Positions 62,819 through 64,000 of a stretch of 64,000 bases of DNA are shown here, one piece after another. Both the position numbers and the translations under genes were made by a program. The stretch spans positions 169,262,001 to 169,326,000 of the forward strand of contig NC_058368.1 of the NCBI RefSeq assembly GCF_018350175.1, written 5' to 3'. Each line of letters begins with the position of its first letter. Position 1 is the stretch's first letter. This DNA comes from Felis catus (Eukaryota). Below the pieces are notes generated by a model that saw only the letters and a program-made list of their open reading frames with translations, was not told where the DNA came from and made no database searches.

Positions 62819-62997
62819 GGTGCATCTGGATGGCTTAGGCAGTTGAGTATCCAACTCTTGATTTCTCAGGTCATGATCCCAGGGTCATGGGATTGAGCCC
62901 TGCATCAGGCTCTGTGGTGAGCATGGAGCCTGTCTGGGATTTTCTCTTTTCCTCTGCCCCTCTCCCCTGCTCATGCTTTCTCTCTAATAAAAAAAAA
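62819..62997 (+). mobile_element. Can-SINE
   Basis: ccaactcttgatttctcaggtcatgatcccagggtcatgggattgagccc...CT tract, A tail. Confidence 0.92.
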
Positions 62998-63037
62998 GGG
63001 GGGGGGCATTAGATTTTAAAGGAGACTTAACCAATGG

Positions 63038-63038
63038 C

Positions 63039-63087
<49 letters not shown>
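63038..63087. repeat. (TA)n microsatellite
   Basis: Direct reading. Confidence 0.95.
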
Positions 63088-63089
<2 letters not shown>

Positions 63090-63764
63090 CAACTAAACAC
63101 ACAGAAAATACTTAACGTCATTAGTCATTAGGGAAATAAAATCACAAGGAGAACCCACTCACTCTAGTTATAATGACAAAAAAAAAGACAAAACCAAATA
63201 CTTCCAAGGATGTGTGAAGCTACTAATATTCATATATTGCTGGTGGGGAAAAAAAGTGGTACAGCCACTTGAAGAAATAAAGGTTTGCAATGTCTTGTAA
63301 AATTATATACACACTTAAAATAAGACTTAGCAACCCTACCCCTATTTATTTTCTCAAGACAAATAAAAGTTTATAGTGGCTTTATTTGTAACCACCAAAA
63401 ACTAAAAACAACCAAATATCCTTCAACTGCAGAATGGCTATATAAACTATAGTGCAATAGGATACTAACCAGCAACAGGAAAGAACCATCTACTCATACG
63501 TACAACATGGCTGACTCTCAATGCATCATGCTAAGGTAAAGAAGCCAGTGTCAAAAGGCTACATGCTGTGTGATTCTATTTATACGACATTCTGAAAAAG
63601 GTAAAACTATAGGGACAGAAATAAGACCAGCTGTCATAAAGAAAAGGAAAGACAAAAAGGGGCTTTGGGGAACATGGAGAGATGGTGGGACTGAGCTAAA
63701 TGTAGACACAGTGGTGGTTACATGATTGTACATGTTTGTGAAAACTCTCAGAACTGGACTCTCA

Positions 63765-64000
63765 CTTCTGGGAGTATAAACATATTTTTCACTAAGTACA
63801 ATTAAAAACTCTGGGCTTTATACATGAAATAAACATAAGAAGACTCTAAAAGGTGAAAAAGAGCAGGCAGATCACCTAGGGTCCTTGGGCTCCAAGGAAC
63901 AACACCAGAGGACTGGGATAAGTTATGTATATGTAATTTAATACTTAGACAACCACTAAAAGAGCTATAGAGATACACTAAAAATACTTCAGAGAAATCA
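63765..64000 (+). mobile_element. Old L1M fragments running off the window
   Basis: aaacataagaagactctaaaaggtga...; atgtaatttaatacttagacaaccactaaaagagctatagagatacact. Confidence 0.55.

Larger units (their letters stand above)
62511..63760 (+). mobile_element. Old L1MB/MC-type ORF2 end and 3' UTR, interrupted by a SINE and (TA)n
   Basis: aaaagcacaatccatcaaaga, tcattagtcattagggaaat, ggtacagccactt, aaacaaccaaatatccttcaac, tgaaaaaggtaaaactatagggacaga. Confidence 0.85.

Overview
AT-rich mammalian genomic DNA, almost certainly from a feliform carnivore (cat-like). The evidence is about 20 tRNA-derived Can-SINEs of the SINEC_Fc type and a young carnivore L1. I recognise no host protein-coding gene, rRNA, tRNA or CRISPR array, so the window reads as intergenic or deep-intronic. 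Much of it is interspersed repeat: Can-SINEs (many with clear target-site duplications, TSDs), MIR, L2, old L1M fragments, MaLR/ERVL solo LTRs, Tigger DNA transposons and microsatellites. It also holds a young 5'-truncated L1 with an intact 329-aa ORF2 C-terminus (37.9-39.2 kb) and a decayed ~4-kb L1 lacking both ends (46.1-50.0 kb). The most interesting observations are: (i) a codon-biased 42-aa ORF at 59471-59599 with splice acceptor, Kozak context and AATAAA, downstream of a CpG-retaining TATA/E-box promoter-like segment; (ii) an exact 42-bp templated insertion copied from 3.9 kb away into an LTR; (iii) a short 3' transduction on the young L1; (iv) a CpG-retaining, palindrome-dense segment at 52.7-53.0 kb. 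Repeat subfamily names come from recalled consensus sequences and boundaries of old elements are approximate. Nothing was checked against a database, and I found no convincing novel multi-gene system.
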